From the NCBI RefSeq assembly GCF_963676685.1, contig NC_092357.1, positions 9,362,001 through 9,426,000 of the forward strand: a stretch of 64,000 nt of DNA. Reading direction: 5' to 3'. Of the stretch, positions 1-11,598 are shown piece after piece; the first letter of the stretch is position 1; each line of letters begins with the position of its first letter. Origin of the DNA: Mytilus edulis. Taxonomy: Eukaryota. The position numbers and the translations under genes were made by a program. Under the pieces are notes generated by a model that was not told the origin of the DNA, did no database searches, and worked only from the letters and a program-made list of their open reading frames with translations.

Positions 1-402
1 TATTGGTCTTCTTCCTCGTTTGATATTGTTTAGAACATAGTCAAGTACCATGGGAAGATGTGAGAAATAAACTAGTAGTGATAATTAATTCTAAACGTGA
101 ATTAAAAACAGCCTATGACAAATTACAAAATTACGTCATAAAACGTAGATCTGACATATTTTACAAAAAACAGTTCATCAAGAGTCACTGACAAGGCTTG
201 TGTCGTTATGTAAGCAGTTACCTTATAGTGCGGGCAGACAAAACCTAATAATAAACGTGTGAAAAAGATAATAACATTTCGTCTCACACCGAATACCTAT
301 CCTAATACCATAGATAACTATTGATCTCTGGACCCACTCACGAATGCAATATACGTTTCAGAAAACTGTCTTTGAGTTTAATAATCAACAAAATGCTCAG
401 TC

Positions 403-689
403 CTGTTACATGACATTTCAGCCTAACGATACCTGTTACATATCATTTCAGTATAACAATACCTGTTACTTGACATTTAAGTATAACAATACCTGTCACA
501 TGAAATTTCAGTTTAACGATACCTGTCACTTGACATTTCAGTATAACAATATTACCTGTCAATTGAAATTTCAGTATAACAATACCTGTCACATGACATT
601 TCAGTATACCAATACCTGCTACATGAGATTTCAAATTAACGATACCTAGCTGTCACTTGACATTTCAGTATAACATTACCTGTCACTTG
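403..689. repeat. 30-bp satellite array (GTCACWTGACATTTCAGTATAACAATACCT)n, left part
   Basis: About 9 degenerate 30-bp units; source of the spurious TFQYNNTCH ORFs. Confidence 0.95.
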
Positions 690-1563
690 TAAATAAGAAC
701 AATGTCTATTTATTCACACATGTCTTTAATGTCGAACAATGACCACGGTCATCTGTATTGAAACATAAAACATTATTAGCAATAATAGGCACAGTTCAGA
801 CCATAGTTATAAGTAGCCAATGTACATAGGCAATTATAACCCTCTATCTCCCCTTAAGTTTTTGGTTCGTAATGTTCCATTAAAGGTGGCAAATACTTGT
901 ACACTGTAATATGCCTAGGAGACAGCGAACTGAAATCACAAATAACAATTAAAAAAGGTTTCATTTAGTCTTAAACAAAACACAGGACTGGTGTTGACAA
1001 TACTTTTACCTACCCCATTCAACATACCAGAAAACAAATGACCATGGAGGAGTGTTGGTGGTCGGCTGTGTTCCTTGGTTCTCAAGTGGCGTTTCTGTGA
1101 ATTCCAAACGACGGCGCTCAGGATGTGTGTTATCAACTCTAGGACTTTTGAATGAAGAAAGTCCTGTCTTGGGCGTTTCCAGAATATGAAGTTTTTGCTC
1201 GATAGGCAAATATTGTGAATCGGTGAATTCTGGTGTAGAGCTGTCCTTGGAGTCTGAAGTTGTCTGACCAAGTGGATAATTCTTTTCACGAGTAGAATCT
1301 TTAGGGGTTTCCATTAATGTATCAGAAGTCGGTTGTAGTACGTGTTTGGTGTTGAATGATGACGGGACAGGTACATTCTTATAACAAAGGACCGTGGTCA
1401 TAAATAAGAACAATGTCTATTTATTCACAGTGACACATGTCTTTAATGTCGAACAATGACCACGGTCATCTGTAATGAAACATAAAACATTATTAGCAAT
1501 AATAGGCACAGTTCAGTCCATAGTTATAAGTAGCAAATGTACATAGGCAATTATAACCCTCTA
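690..1563 (-). mobile_element. Miniature non-autonomous LTR-like element (TRIM-like) inserted in the satellite
   Basis: Direct repeats 690-846 and 1401-1563; ACTTG duplicated at 685-689 and 1564-1568; minus-strand purine tract AAGGGGAGA (855-847) abutting the 3' repeat; minus-strand AATAAA in each repeat (1425-1420, 714-709). Termini are TA..TA, not TG..CA. Confidence 0.7.
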
Positions 1564-3310
1564 ACTTGACATTTCAGTATAACAATATCTGTCACATGAC
1601 ATTTTAGTATAACAATATCTGTCACATGACATTTTAGTATAACAATATCTGTCACATGACATTTCAGTATAACAATACCTGTCACATGACATTTCAGTAT
1701 AACAATACCTGTCATTTGACATTTCAGTATAACAATACCTGTCACATGACATTTCAGTATAACAATACCTGTCACATGACATTTCAGTATAACAATACCT
1801 GTCATTTGACATTTCAGTATAACAATACCTGTCACATGACATTTCAGTATAACAATACCTGTCACATGACATTTCAGTATAACAATACCTGTCACATGAC
1901 ATTTCAGTATAACAATACCTGTCATTTGACATTTCAGTATAACAATACCTGTCATTTGACATTTCAGTTTAACGATACTTGTCACATGAAATTTTAGAAT
2001 AACGATACCTGTCACTTCGAATTTCAGTATACCAATACCTGTCACTTGACATTTCAGTTTAACAATACCTGTCACTTCACATTTCAGTATACCAATACCT
2101 GCTAATACCTGTCACTTCACATTTGAGTATAACAATTCCTGTTACATAACATTTCAGCATAGCAATACCTGTCACATGACATTTCAGTGTAACAATACCT
2201 GTCACATTATATTTCAGTTTTACAATACCTGTCACATGACATTTCAGTATAACAATACCTGTCACATGACATTTCAGTAAAACAATACCTGTAACATGAC
2301 ATTTCAGTTTAACGATACCTGTCACTTGACATTTCAGTATAACAATACCTTTCACATTACTTTTCAGTATAACAATACCTGTAACATGACATTTCAGTTT
2401 AACGATACTTGTCAATTGACATTTCAGTATAACAATACCTGTCACTTGACATTTAAGTATAACGATACCTGTCACTTGACATTTCAGAATAACAATACCT
2501 GTCACTTGACATTTCAGTATAACAATACCTGTCACTTGACATTTCAGTATAACAATACCTGTCACATGACATTTCAGTATAACAATACCTGCCACATTAC
2601 ATTTCAGTATAACAATACCTGTCACTTGACATTTAAGTATAACAATGCCTGCCACATTACATTTCAGTATAACGATACCTGTCACATGACATTTCAGTAT
2701 AACAATACCTGTCACATTACATTTCAGTATAACAATACCTATCACATTATATTTCAGTATAACAATACCTGTCACTTGACATTTCAGTATAACAATACCT
2801 GTCACTTGACATTTCAGTATAACAATACCTGTCACATTACATTTCAGTATAACAATACCTGTCACATGATATTTCAGTATAACAATACCTGTCATATTAC
2901 ATTTCAGTATAACGATACCTGTCACTTGACATTTCAGTATAACAATACCTGTCACATGACATTTCAGTATAACAATACCTGTCACATTACATTTCAGTAT
3001 AACAATACCTGTAACTTGAAATTTCAGTATAACAATACCTGTCACATGACATTTCAGTATAACAATACCTGTCACTTGACATTTCAGTATAACAATACCT
3101 GTCACATGACATTTCAGTATAACGATACCTGTCACATTACATTTCAGTATAAAAATACCTGTCACATTACATTTCAGTATAAAAATACCTGTCACATTAC
3201 ATTTCAGTATAACAATTCCTGTCACATGACATTTCAGTATAACAATACCTGTCACATGACATTTCAGTAAAACAATACCTGTCACATGACATTTCAGTAT
3301 AACAATACCT

Positions 3311-3701
3311 AGTAATAAAATAAAATTAACGGTACCAATTTTCTTGCACCAGATGCGCATTTCGACAATACATGTCTCTTCAGTGATGCTCGTGGCCAAA
3401 ATATTTGAAATCCAAAGCTTATATAAAAGATGAAGAGCTATAATCCAAAAGGTCCAAAAAGTATAGCCAAATCCGTGAAAGGAATCAGAGCTTTGCATGA
3501 GGGAATTACATTCCTTAATTTATAATAATTTCTATCATTTTGTAACAGTAAATTTTAATAACACAAAAAATCCGTATTTTCATGCCAGTACCGAAGTACT
3601 GGCTACTGGGGTGTTGATACCCTCGGGGACTAATTGTACACCAGAAGAGGCATCGACCCAGTGGTAGTAATAAAATTAACGGTACCAATTTTCTTGCACC
3701 A
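3311..3701 (-). mobile_element. Hammerhead retrozyme (350-nt monomer plus about 40 nt of terminal redundancy)
   Basis: TAAAATTAACGGTACCAATTTTCTTGCACCA occurs at 3321-3351 and 3671-3701 (period 350); contains a type I hammerhead; splits a satellite unit (AACAATACCT|GGTAAATGAC). Confidence 0.85.
3346..3389 (-). ncRNA. Type I hammerhead ribozyme
   Basis: Minus strand: GCAUCA-CUGAAGA-GACA(UGUAU)UGUC-GAAA-UGCGCA-UC-UGGUGC. Intact core, stem I and stem II, with a palindromic stem III. Confidence 0.9.
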
Positions 3702-4282
3702 GGTAAATGACATTTCAGTATAACAAAAACCTGGTTAATGACATTTCAGTATAACAATACCTGTCACATGACATTTCAATATAACAATACCTGTCACTTG
3801 ACATTTCAGAATAACAATACCTGTCACATGACATTTTAGTATAACAATACCTGTCACATTACATTTCAGTATAACAATACCTGTCACATGACATTTCAGT
3901 AAAACAATACCTGTCACATGACATTTTAGTATAACAATACCTGTCACATTACATTTCAGTATAACAATACCTGTCACATGACATTTCAGTAAAACAATAC
4001 CTGTCACATTACATTTCAGTATAACAAAAACCTGGTTAATGACATTTCAGTACAACAATACCTGTCACTTGACATTTTAGTATAACAATACCTGTCACAT
4101 GACATTATAGTAAAACAATACCTGTCACTTGACATTTCAGTATAAAAATTCCTGACACGTGTCTTCTCAGTATAACAATAGTTCAGGCACAAGATATTTC
4201 AGTAAACAATTCCTGTCACATCGAAAAACCAATTGTTGCTACCAGAATTTTCACATGTACCTTTTCTGATATATAGTCTTAT

Positions 4283-4463
4283 TAGTTTTCTCGTTAGAAT
4301 TGTTGAACATTGTCATTTCGGGGCGTTTTGAAGCTTACTATGCGGTATGGGCTTTGCTCATTGTTAAAGGCCGTAAGGCGACTTATATTTGTTAATTTCT
4401 GTGTCATTTGGTCTCTTCTGGAGAGTTGTCTCATGGGCAATCATACCACATCTTCTTTTTCAT
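4283..4463 (+). mobile_element. Retroposon family A, 3' fragment
   Basis: Matches 49570-49750; ends CAATCATACCACATCTTCTTTTT. Confidence 0.75.
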
Positions 4464-4807
4464 ATTAGATTAATAGTTTCAAGTTGATGCGAACACAGCT
4501 TGTTATTCAATTTACCGTAACAAACAAAATAAACCTATTTTGGACGGACGGACGGCAGCACAGGCCAGAAAACATTATGCCCACTACTGTAGGCGGGACA
4601 GAGAAATCCTAGTCACAAATGAAAGAATGACAAAAGAATGACTAATTCTATTTGAGACTGATATTCAGACGATCCACAATAACAACTATTCCAATTTCAA
4701 TGATTCAATAACAAAATATATGATAAGGACATCAACTGTCAAAGCTAGGCATTCAATATTTTTATAGACGAAAAATGAAAAAAGCGTTTCGTTTCGCTTC
4801 GCCATGT

Positions 4808-4839
<32 letters not shown>

Positions 4840-5089
4840 CGTTCTGTTTTTAAACAGAAAGTCACCTCTGACGCACACTTTGACTAGGGAGCTCTAATGT
4901 TCGGTGATTTTATATGCTGATCTAGGTTGTTTAACGTATTCGTTTTTATTTCTGTAGTTATTCGATTCACTTCGGTGTTGACATGTATATTAATTATATG
5001 GTTATTTTTATAAATTTACTGTTTGCAAAAGTATGAATTATTCTAAATACTAAGGAAATATATATATATATATATTTTTATCCCAGACA

Positions 5090-5293
5090 GATAAACTAAG
5101 CCGTATTTGGCACACTTTTTTGGAATTTTGGGTCATCAAAACTCTTTATCTTGTTTTGGGGCCAGTTGAAGCATGCCTCCGGGTGTGGGATTTTCTCGTT
5201 GTATTGAAGACTCATTGGTGGCTTCGGCTGTTTTCTGCTTTTTGGTAAGGTTGTTGTCGCTTTGACACATTCCCCATTTCCGATTAACATTTT
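5090..5293 (+). mobile_element. Retroposon family B fragment
   Basis: Similar to 62120-62258; tail GACACATTCCCCATTTCC. Confidence 0.7.
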
Positions 5294-5762
5294 AATGAGT
5301 ATTTATAAATATTTGATTGATTGTATATCTGACCTATATTAATTGTACACATTTCACATTATCGACACTAGTAATTATACCGTTTCGTACGGTTAAGTTC
5401 AACGAACAACAAATGCATTATAAATATGATAATATTTCTGAAATACCATCCAATAACGTAAGCATTGCCTTAATTAAGAAATATTCGAAACACTGTGTAT
5501 TTTGTGGAAGATCATATCCAACCAAGAAGAAAACTTATATATGGAAGTATTTGAAATCACTAATTAAATTGTCAGCTAGTTATTTAGATTGTACGTTTGA
5601 TTTTGAGATTTACAAAAAGTTTCTTTTATACGATTTAAAAATGATACGAGAAAATGCACACAAAAAAGTCTGATGCACGAATAACTGATCAGCTTCTGAG
5701 CACCTATAGGTTGTCCGTCTTTTAGTAAGGGAAAGGATTGCCGATTGATGTCTTATCAACAA

Positions 5763-5905
5763 ATTTTCAAGGCGGTGCCGGTATCTGATCATAGATTTGA
5801 TGATATCAAAATGTAAAGGAAATCTCCCAAGTTCTAAAAGAGTGGCAAGGTTTGTTGCTCTTTTCCCCACACCTAGTAGTGATTTACAAAATTTCATAAT
5901 AAATG
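5763..5905 (-). mobile_element. Non-LTR retrotransposon ORF2 C-terminal fragment
   Basis: KFCKSLLGVGKRATNLATLLELGRFPL..IIKSMIRYRHRL resembles the post-RT region (LGV..ELGR.PL) of invertebrate LINEs. Confidence 0.6.
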
Positions 5906-6120
5906 TTTTCTGTAAACATGGTAAATAAATACACTGCTGGTAATTTACGTGGTTTTTTTTCCCGTATTTTCCTGCTTTGAACCTCAACGTAAAATGAAAC
6001 AATTCATTTAGAGTTATTTCCCCTTGTATACAAACCATGATAACACTGTTGATAAGACACCAATCGGCAGTTAAAATTACTCGTGTGTCAACGACTTATT
6101 TGACTTATCAGGCAAAGACT

Positions 6121-9100
6121 ATGGCTACTGACGCTCGTCCAAAGGTATTTGTCACTAGGAGAGTGCCTGCACGAGGGATTGACCTACTTAAAGATAAGTT
6201 TGTGGTGTCCCAATGGGATAGAGAAGACCGGATTCCACCAGAGGAGCTACTCAGAGGTGTCAAAGGGGTAGACGCTTTGTTCTGTTTGTTGACAGATAAA
6301 ATTGATAAAGATGTTTTAGATGCGGCAGGTATGTGTGAATTTATTAGTAAAGAATCTAAAAAAATATAGCTCGGCATTCTGGTAAACTGACACGAAAACA
6401 ATATTCTGTAAAAATAACGAATTTTCGCAAACACAATATATTGCCGGTATAATATTTATCTTGAATACGTCAACATCATGAACATGGTAAATGTTTGATA
6501 AAGTTCTTCCTTGCGTAGACCGTCGTATTCAGATCGGAAGATCAATTATTAAAGATGATCTCTTCCGTAACAATCAGTCAAATGGAGACTATTTCCCAAA
6601 ACGAGTAACAATATAATTTCATAGTTCTAAAAATTAAAAAAAGTGTTTTGCTGAGTCTTTTTATCCAAAATGTAATGTAGCCTTGAAAGTTGTCATAAGC
6701 TTTTAACTTCTCAGTTTCTTGTTGTGTATTATTTGGATGCTTTCCATGCTTTTGAAAATCCGCCTTTGGTCTTATATATATTGGTCTTTATATATAAAGT
6801 TTCTTTATCTTTTAATTTAATTAATAAACATTTCCAGACAGTTCTTTCTCAAATTGTTCGTCAACATTTTTCTATAATTATTGAGTGTTAAGGTATAACA
6901 AGCGTTAGCCTTGAAAAGGCTATTCGACTCTTATCTGATGAAAACGGAAAGTGCTCTCGCTTTGTAGATTAATTCATTTACTAGAATAGCCACGTGCATC
7001 AATCAGCAAATTTTACTACACACGTGAGGTCACACAGTGGCGGATCCAGGGGGGGGGGGGGGGGGGGGGGTTCCGGGGGTGCGCACCCCCCCTTTATTTT
7101 TGCCGATCAATGCATTTGTATCGGGACATATGTTTTGCACCCCCCTGCACCCCCCCCCCCCCTTTGCCCTGGGTTAGCACCCCCCCCTTTCGAAAATTCC
7201 TGCATCCGCCCCTGTCACACGCTATGAATTATTATCGTTTAACGTTGTTTTTTTTTGTTTACTCCAGAAGATTCGACTATTTATAGATAAAGGTTACCTG
7301 TGTAAAATCTAATTGCTAAAATAGAGAGGACAAATCCGATACTCTACGGGATTGAAGGACATTTACTTGGTTTGGATTGTCCTAACCAATCAATAAACTT
7401 TGATTATTCACGTCTCGTAATATCTTCCAATCAGGAAGCAAGACTGAAAAATTCACGCACTATCTGTCCATCGTTCAATTCTTAATCTCGACTAGGAGTC
7501 GAGAACAAAAGATAAAAATAACAAATTCAGGTACAAACGAGATTCTCTGATTTTTTTGTGAAAATAGCCAATAATATATATTGTTCATTTCAGGTCCTCA
7601 ATTAAAGACAATTTGTACGATGTCGGTGGGATACGAACATATTGATATATCAGAATGTAAAAAAAGAAACATTCCGGTCGGCTTTACTCCGGATGTGTTG
7701 ACCAATGCGACAGCTGAACTGACCATGTCTTTGCTTTTAGCAACCTCAAGGAGATTAAAAGAAGGTAAGATATAAAAAAAAGAAGATGTGGTATGGTTGC
7801 CACTGAGACAACTCTCTACAAGAGACTAAATGACACAAAATTAACAACTATAGGTCACCTGTTAATGTTAATGTCACCTGTCATTTGGTGTTTCTAGAAC
7901 GGCCTTCAACAAAGAACAAAGCCCATACCACATAGTCAACTATAAAAGGCCCCAAAATGAAAAATGTAAAACAATTCAAACAAGAAAAGATGTTCGTATG
8001 TTTAGGGCCTATTTTGCATGTTAAGGGTATATTTTAACAGAAAAGAAGGAGGACATGGGACATCCATCCATGACACACAAAAAAAATCGGTACATGCACT
8101 ACAAGAACCAAACCGGTTTTCAGTTTAACACAGAAAACTCTATATAATATATACGGCTTACGAGATCATTTTTCGTTTCCGATTGTTAGTTTTCACTTTT
8201 TGGACGGTTTTTTGTCTATTTTGTTTGTTTGATAGATATGGGACCATTCACGTGTTGATACTTGATATTTTAGTCAATGTACTTTATTAACCCTTGCATA
8301 AATTTGGATTTAGTCTGGAAGTAAAATAAGAATGTGCATTGTACCAACACCGTTTCTTCGTGTACAGCCTTACTTTTAAACTAATGTTATACATAAATAT
8401 GACAGAATATAGGTTTGTTTAAGTACCACAGGCACTTGTCTCAGATTTTTCCCCCTATATATCTTAATGTTATATTAAGGTATATAGGAAAAAAAATCTG
8501 AGACAAGTGCCTGTGTTATAAAGTACTATGTAAGTGAAATTCTTGGATCAACAATTTAACCTGTATCAACTATGTAGAATATATAATCACACCGATCCTT
8601 CTGCAACATCATCAGTAGTCTACAATTAAAACACACCGATTTCGTCACTAATCTATCTTTACAGCAATGACAGCCGTAGAGGATGGTAGTTGGGGCACTT
8701 GGAATCCTATATGGATGCTAGGACATGGCTTAGATGGCGCAACTGTTGGCATTGTTGGACTAGGTCGAATCGGATTGGCTGTAGCAAAATGTCTCCTGCC
8801 ATTTGGTGTTTCTAGAATTGTTTATAGTGGAAACAGTCAGTCGAAGAATGAGCAGGAGGTTAATGCTGAATTTGTTTCTTTTGACTATTTGCTGGAACAT
8901 TCTGATTTCATTTTGGGATGCTGCTCTTTAACAGCAAATAACATGGGACTATTTAATGCGGAAGCTTTCAATAAAATGAAAACTTCAGCGATATTTGTCA
9001 ACACTAGTCGTGGAGGGTTAGTGAATCAAGATGATCTTTACAACGCTTTAAAAAGTGGTAAGATAGCCGGTGCTGGACTTGACGTGACAAATCCGGAACC

Positions 9101-9263
9101 ATTACCGACAGACAGTCCTTTATTAACATTAAGTAATTGTTTGGTTCTACCTCATATTGGTAGTGCGACAGAAAAGGCAAGGAGTGCAATGTCAGAATTA
9201 ACAGCTAGAAATATCATAGCTGTATTCGATAATAAAGAAATGCCTAGTAGGTTAAACATTTAA
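6121..9263 (+). CDS. GRHPR: Glyoxylate reductase/hydroxypyruvate reductase (D-2-hydroxyacid dehydrogenase family), 325 aa
   Basis: Exons 6121-6328, 7594-7764, 8665-9263; GT-AG, phases 1/1, 978 nt. Motifs [29 protein letters not shown] (NAD(P) binding), [20 protein letters not shown]. Possible upstream in-frame ATG at 6037. Confidence 0.95.
7035..7214. mobile_element. GC-rich MITE in GRHPR intron 1
   Basis: TIR CAGTGGCGGATCCAG / CTGCATCCGCCCCTG; TCACA on both sides; poly-G and poly-C tracts. Confidence 0.8.
7773..7988 (-). mobile_element. Retroposon family A, 3' fragment in GRHPR intron 2
   Basis: Reverse complement of the family A tail (AAGAAGATGTGGTATG..GAGACAAC). Confidence 0.75.
8427..8515. 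mobile_element. Palindromic mini-MITE (same family as 60740-60821)
   Basis: CACAGGCACTTGTCTCA...TGAGACAAGTGCCTGTG near-perfect hairpin. Confidence 0.85.
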
Positions 9264-10449
9264 TAAACAAGGATTTTGTATGTGAAACTAGTAGTGTCTC
9301 ATTGGCAGTCATCCTATATCGTCTTCTTTTAAATTGATTGTTGCTCGCCATGCAGTATTGTATCATCTTGTATGGATCGATACAATAGGCTGTCCTTGTA
9401 CTTGTGGTGTATGTATTTGCTACTTTTATGATGTTTTTTTTTCTGGTATCTGTTGGAGAGTTGTCACATCTTCTAACTTTAGTTTCCTTATATTTCTTAT
9501 TTACAGGTCGTAGCCTTGTGAGAGAGCATTATATTTCTCTAGATTTCGTATGTTGGATAGTTGCCTCATTGTCAAATAGATCACACTTCCCTAGTATTAA
9601 ATATAAATTTACGCTTTGTTTGACTTACATAGTCTTACTACAACATTATACAAAGGTTAACAGGATCATTTACAAGCAAGGATCCGTGTTAAAGACCGTA
9701 CATTGACTTATAATGGTTTACTTTTATAAATTGTGACTTGGATGGAGAGTTGTCTCATTGGCAGTCATACCACATCTTCTTATATCTATATACATACTGG
9801 GAATTCACTGACAAACTACTTTAAGAAATGTAAACTCAGAGGCCTGTTATGGTGACCAAAATAAATGAAACTTGTCGTTGAAGTCAAACACAGCATAAAT
9901 TCATCGCAATCTAGAACTTTACAATGCATCTTACATGGAGGTTACACGTCTAGTTGTTTTGAACAAAACTGACATTTTTTAGTGTTAATTAAATTAGTGT
10001 GAAGGCAAAGAGTTGTTGCTAGTTGCTACGGTTTTTACAGAGAGCCTGTCACTCTCTATACTCATTGGCAGATCCAATTTTTCTATAAGGGATGATCCAC
10101 TGACTGACCTAAAGGGGCGTGCTCCAGTCATGCTTCGGTGATTCCCTCAAAAAGGGGGGGCTGGACCCTCAGCCCACTGGAACCACCTATGATAATTTAC
10201 GACTACAAGAATCATCAGACAACAAGTCCCCATTCTGCCCGGACGTGGGTGCTTTCTTATACATCCCGCAAAACCAAACCGAAGCCCCATTCTAGTGACG
10301 GCTTTATTGCCGGTCGGCAAAATTATATTTTAAATATGGAATCGTTGCATCGTCTTAAAGTCTCTCATACAGACTGGGTTCGTCTGACCTCGAAGTCATT
10401 TCATAGATAAGTGTTCAACTTATCTTATGTATGTTGTTTGATGTATTTA

Positions 10450-11440
10450 TATACTTGTGTGAAACATCTAGATACATCGTGTGGTGTATCTATATACGTG
10501 TGCGAAGCATCTAGACGGTTGTGTGATGTATCTAGATATTTGTGTGAAGTATTTATATGGTTGTGTGATGTATCTTAGACAAGGTAAATGTGTGAATCTT
10601 CTTGATACGTGTGTGAAGCATGTAAATGGTTGTGTGATGTATCTAGATATGTGTGTGGTGTATCTAGATACTGGTGTGAAGCATCTAGATGGTTGTGTGA
10701 TGTATCTAGATACTGTTGTGAAGCATCAAAATGGTTGTGTGATGTATCTAGATACTGGTGTGAAGCATCTAGATGGTTGTGTGGTGTATCTAGATAATTA
10801 TGTGAATCTTCTTGATACGTGTGTGAAGCATGTAAATTGTTGTACGATGTATCTAGATACTTGTTCGAAGCATCTAGATGGTTATATGATGTATCCAGAT
10901 ATGTGTGTGATGTATCTAGATACTTGTGCGAAGCATCTAATGTATGGTTTTGCGGTGTATCTAATGAGGGCCCTCATGGGGTTTTTGATTATGTGATTAC
11001 TTGGCCGTTTTTTTAATGATTATTTGATTATTAAGCCAAATATTTCATGATTATTTGATTACCTAGGACTGTATTTTTAGTTTATGATTATTTGATTACT
11101 AAAGATAAGCAAATATTTAATGATTATGTGATTATATTGGCAAAAAAATGGTGATTATGTGATTACTAGGACCCCCCCATGAGGGGCCTCTCTAATTACT
11201 TGTACGAAGCATCTAGATACTTGTGTGAAGCATCTAGATGGTTGTTTGGTGTATCTAGTTACTTGTGTGAAGCATGATGTATATTGATACTTGAGTAAAG
11301 CATTTAGATGGTTGTGCGGTGTATCTAGATACTTGTGTAAAGCATTTAGATAGTTGTGTGGTTTATCTAGATACTTGTATAAAGCATCTAGATGGTTATG
11401 CAATGAATCTAGATACTTGTTCGAAGCATCTAGATATTCG
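10450..11440. repeat. Minisatellite, about 42-bp unit (two 21-bp halves, TGTATCTAGATACTTGTGTGAAGCATCTAGATGGTTGTGTGA)
   Basis: Repeated TCTAGA-containing units, interrupted by a MITE at 10966-11190. Confidence 0.9.
10966..11190. mobile_element. MITE with GAG..CTC termini and 6-bp TSD
   Basis: TIR GAGGGCCCTCATGGGG / CCCCATGAGGGGCCTC; TCTAAT at 10960-10965 and 11191-11196; internal (GATTATNT)n. Confidence 0.85.
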
Positions 11441-11454
11441 TGTAAAAGAAGAAG

Positions 11455-11598
11455 ATAAAATTGAGAATGGAAATGGGGAATGTGCCAAAGAGACAACAAC
11501 CCGACCATAGAAAAAAAAAAAAAAAAAAAAAACCAACAGCAGAAGGTTACCAACAGGTCTTCAATGTAGCGAAAAATTCCCGCACCCGGAGGCGTCCT
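11455..11598 (-). mobile_element. Retroposon family B, 3' fragment
   Basis: TAAAATTGAGAATGGAAATGGGGAATGTG is the reverse complement of the family B tail. Confidence 0.8.

Larger units (their letters stand above)
1564..4220. repeat. 30-bp satellite array, main part (interrupted at 3311-3701)
   Basis: Dozens of near-identical 30-bp units, decaying after about 4150. Confidence 0.97.

Noticed and set aside
344-4007. Long Cys/His-rich repetitive ORFs (e.g. 473 aa and 324 aa)
   Set aside because: Translations of the 30-bp satellite; interrupted by mobile elements, with no splice or signal context
1564-4220. CRISPR-like regular 30-bp repeats
   Set aside because: Head-to-tail units without unique spacers, no cas genes, eukaryotic context
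10196-10225. Minus-strand CUGAUGA..GUAA hammerhead look-alike
   Set aside because: GAAA core and stems I/III are missing
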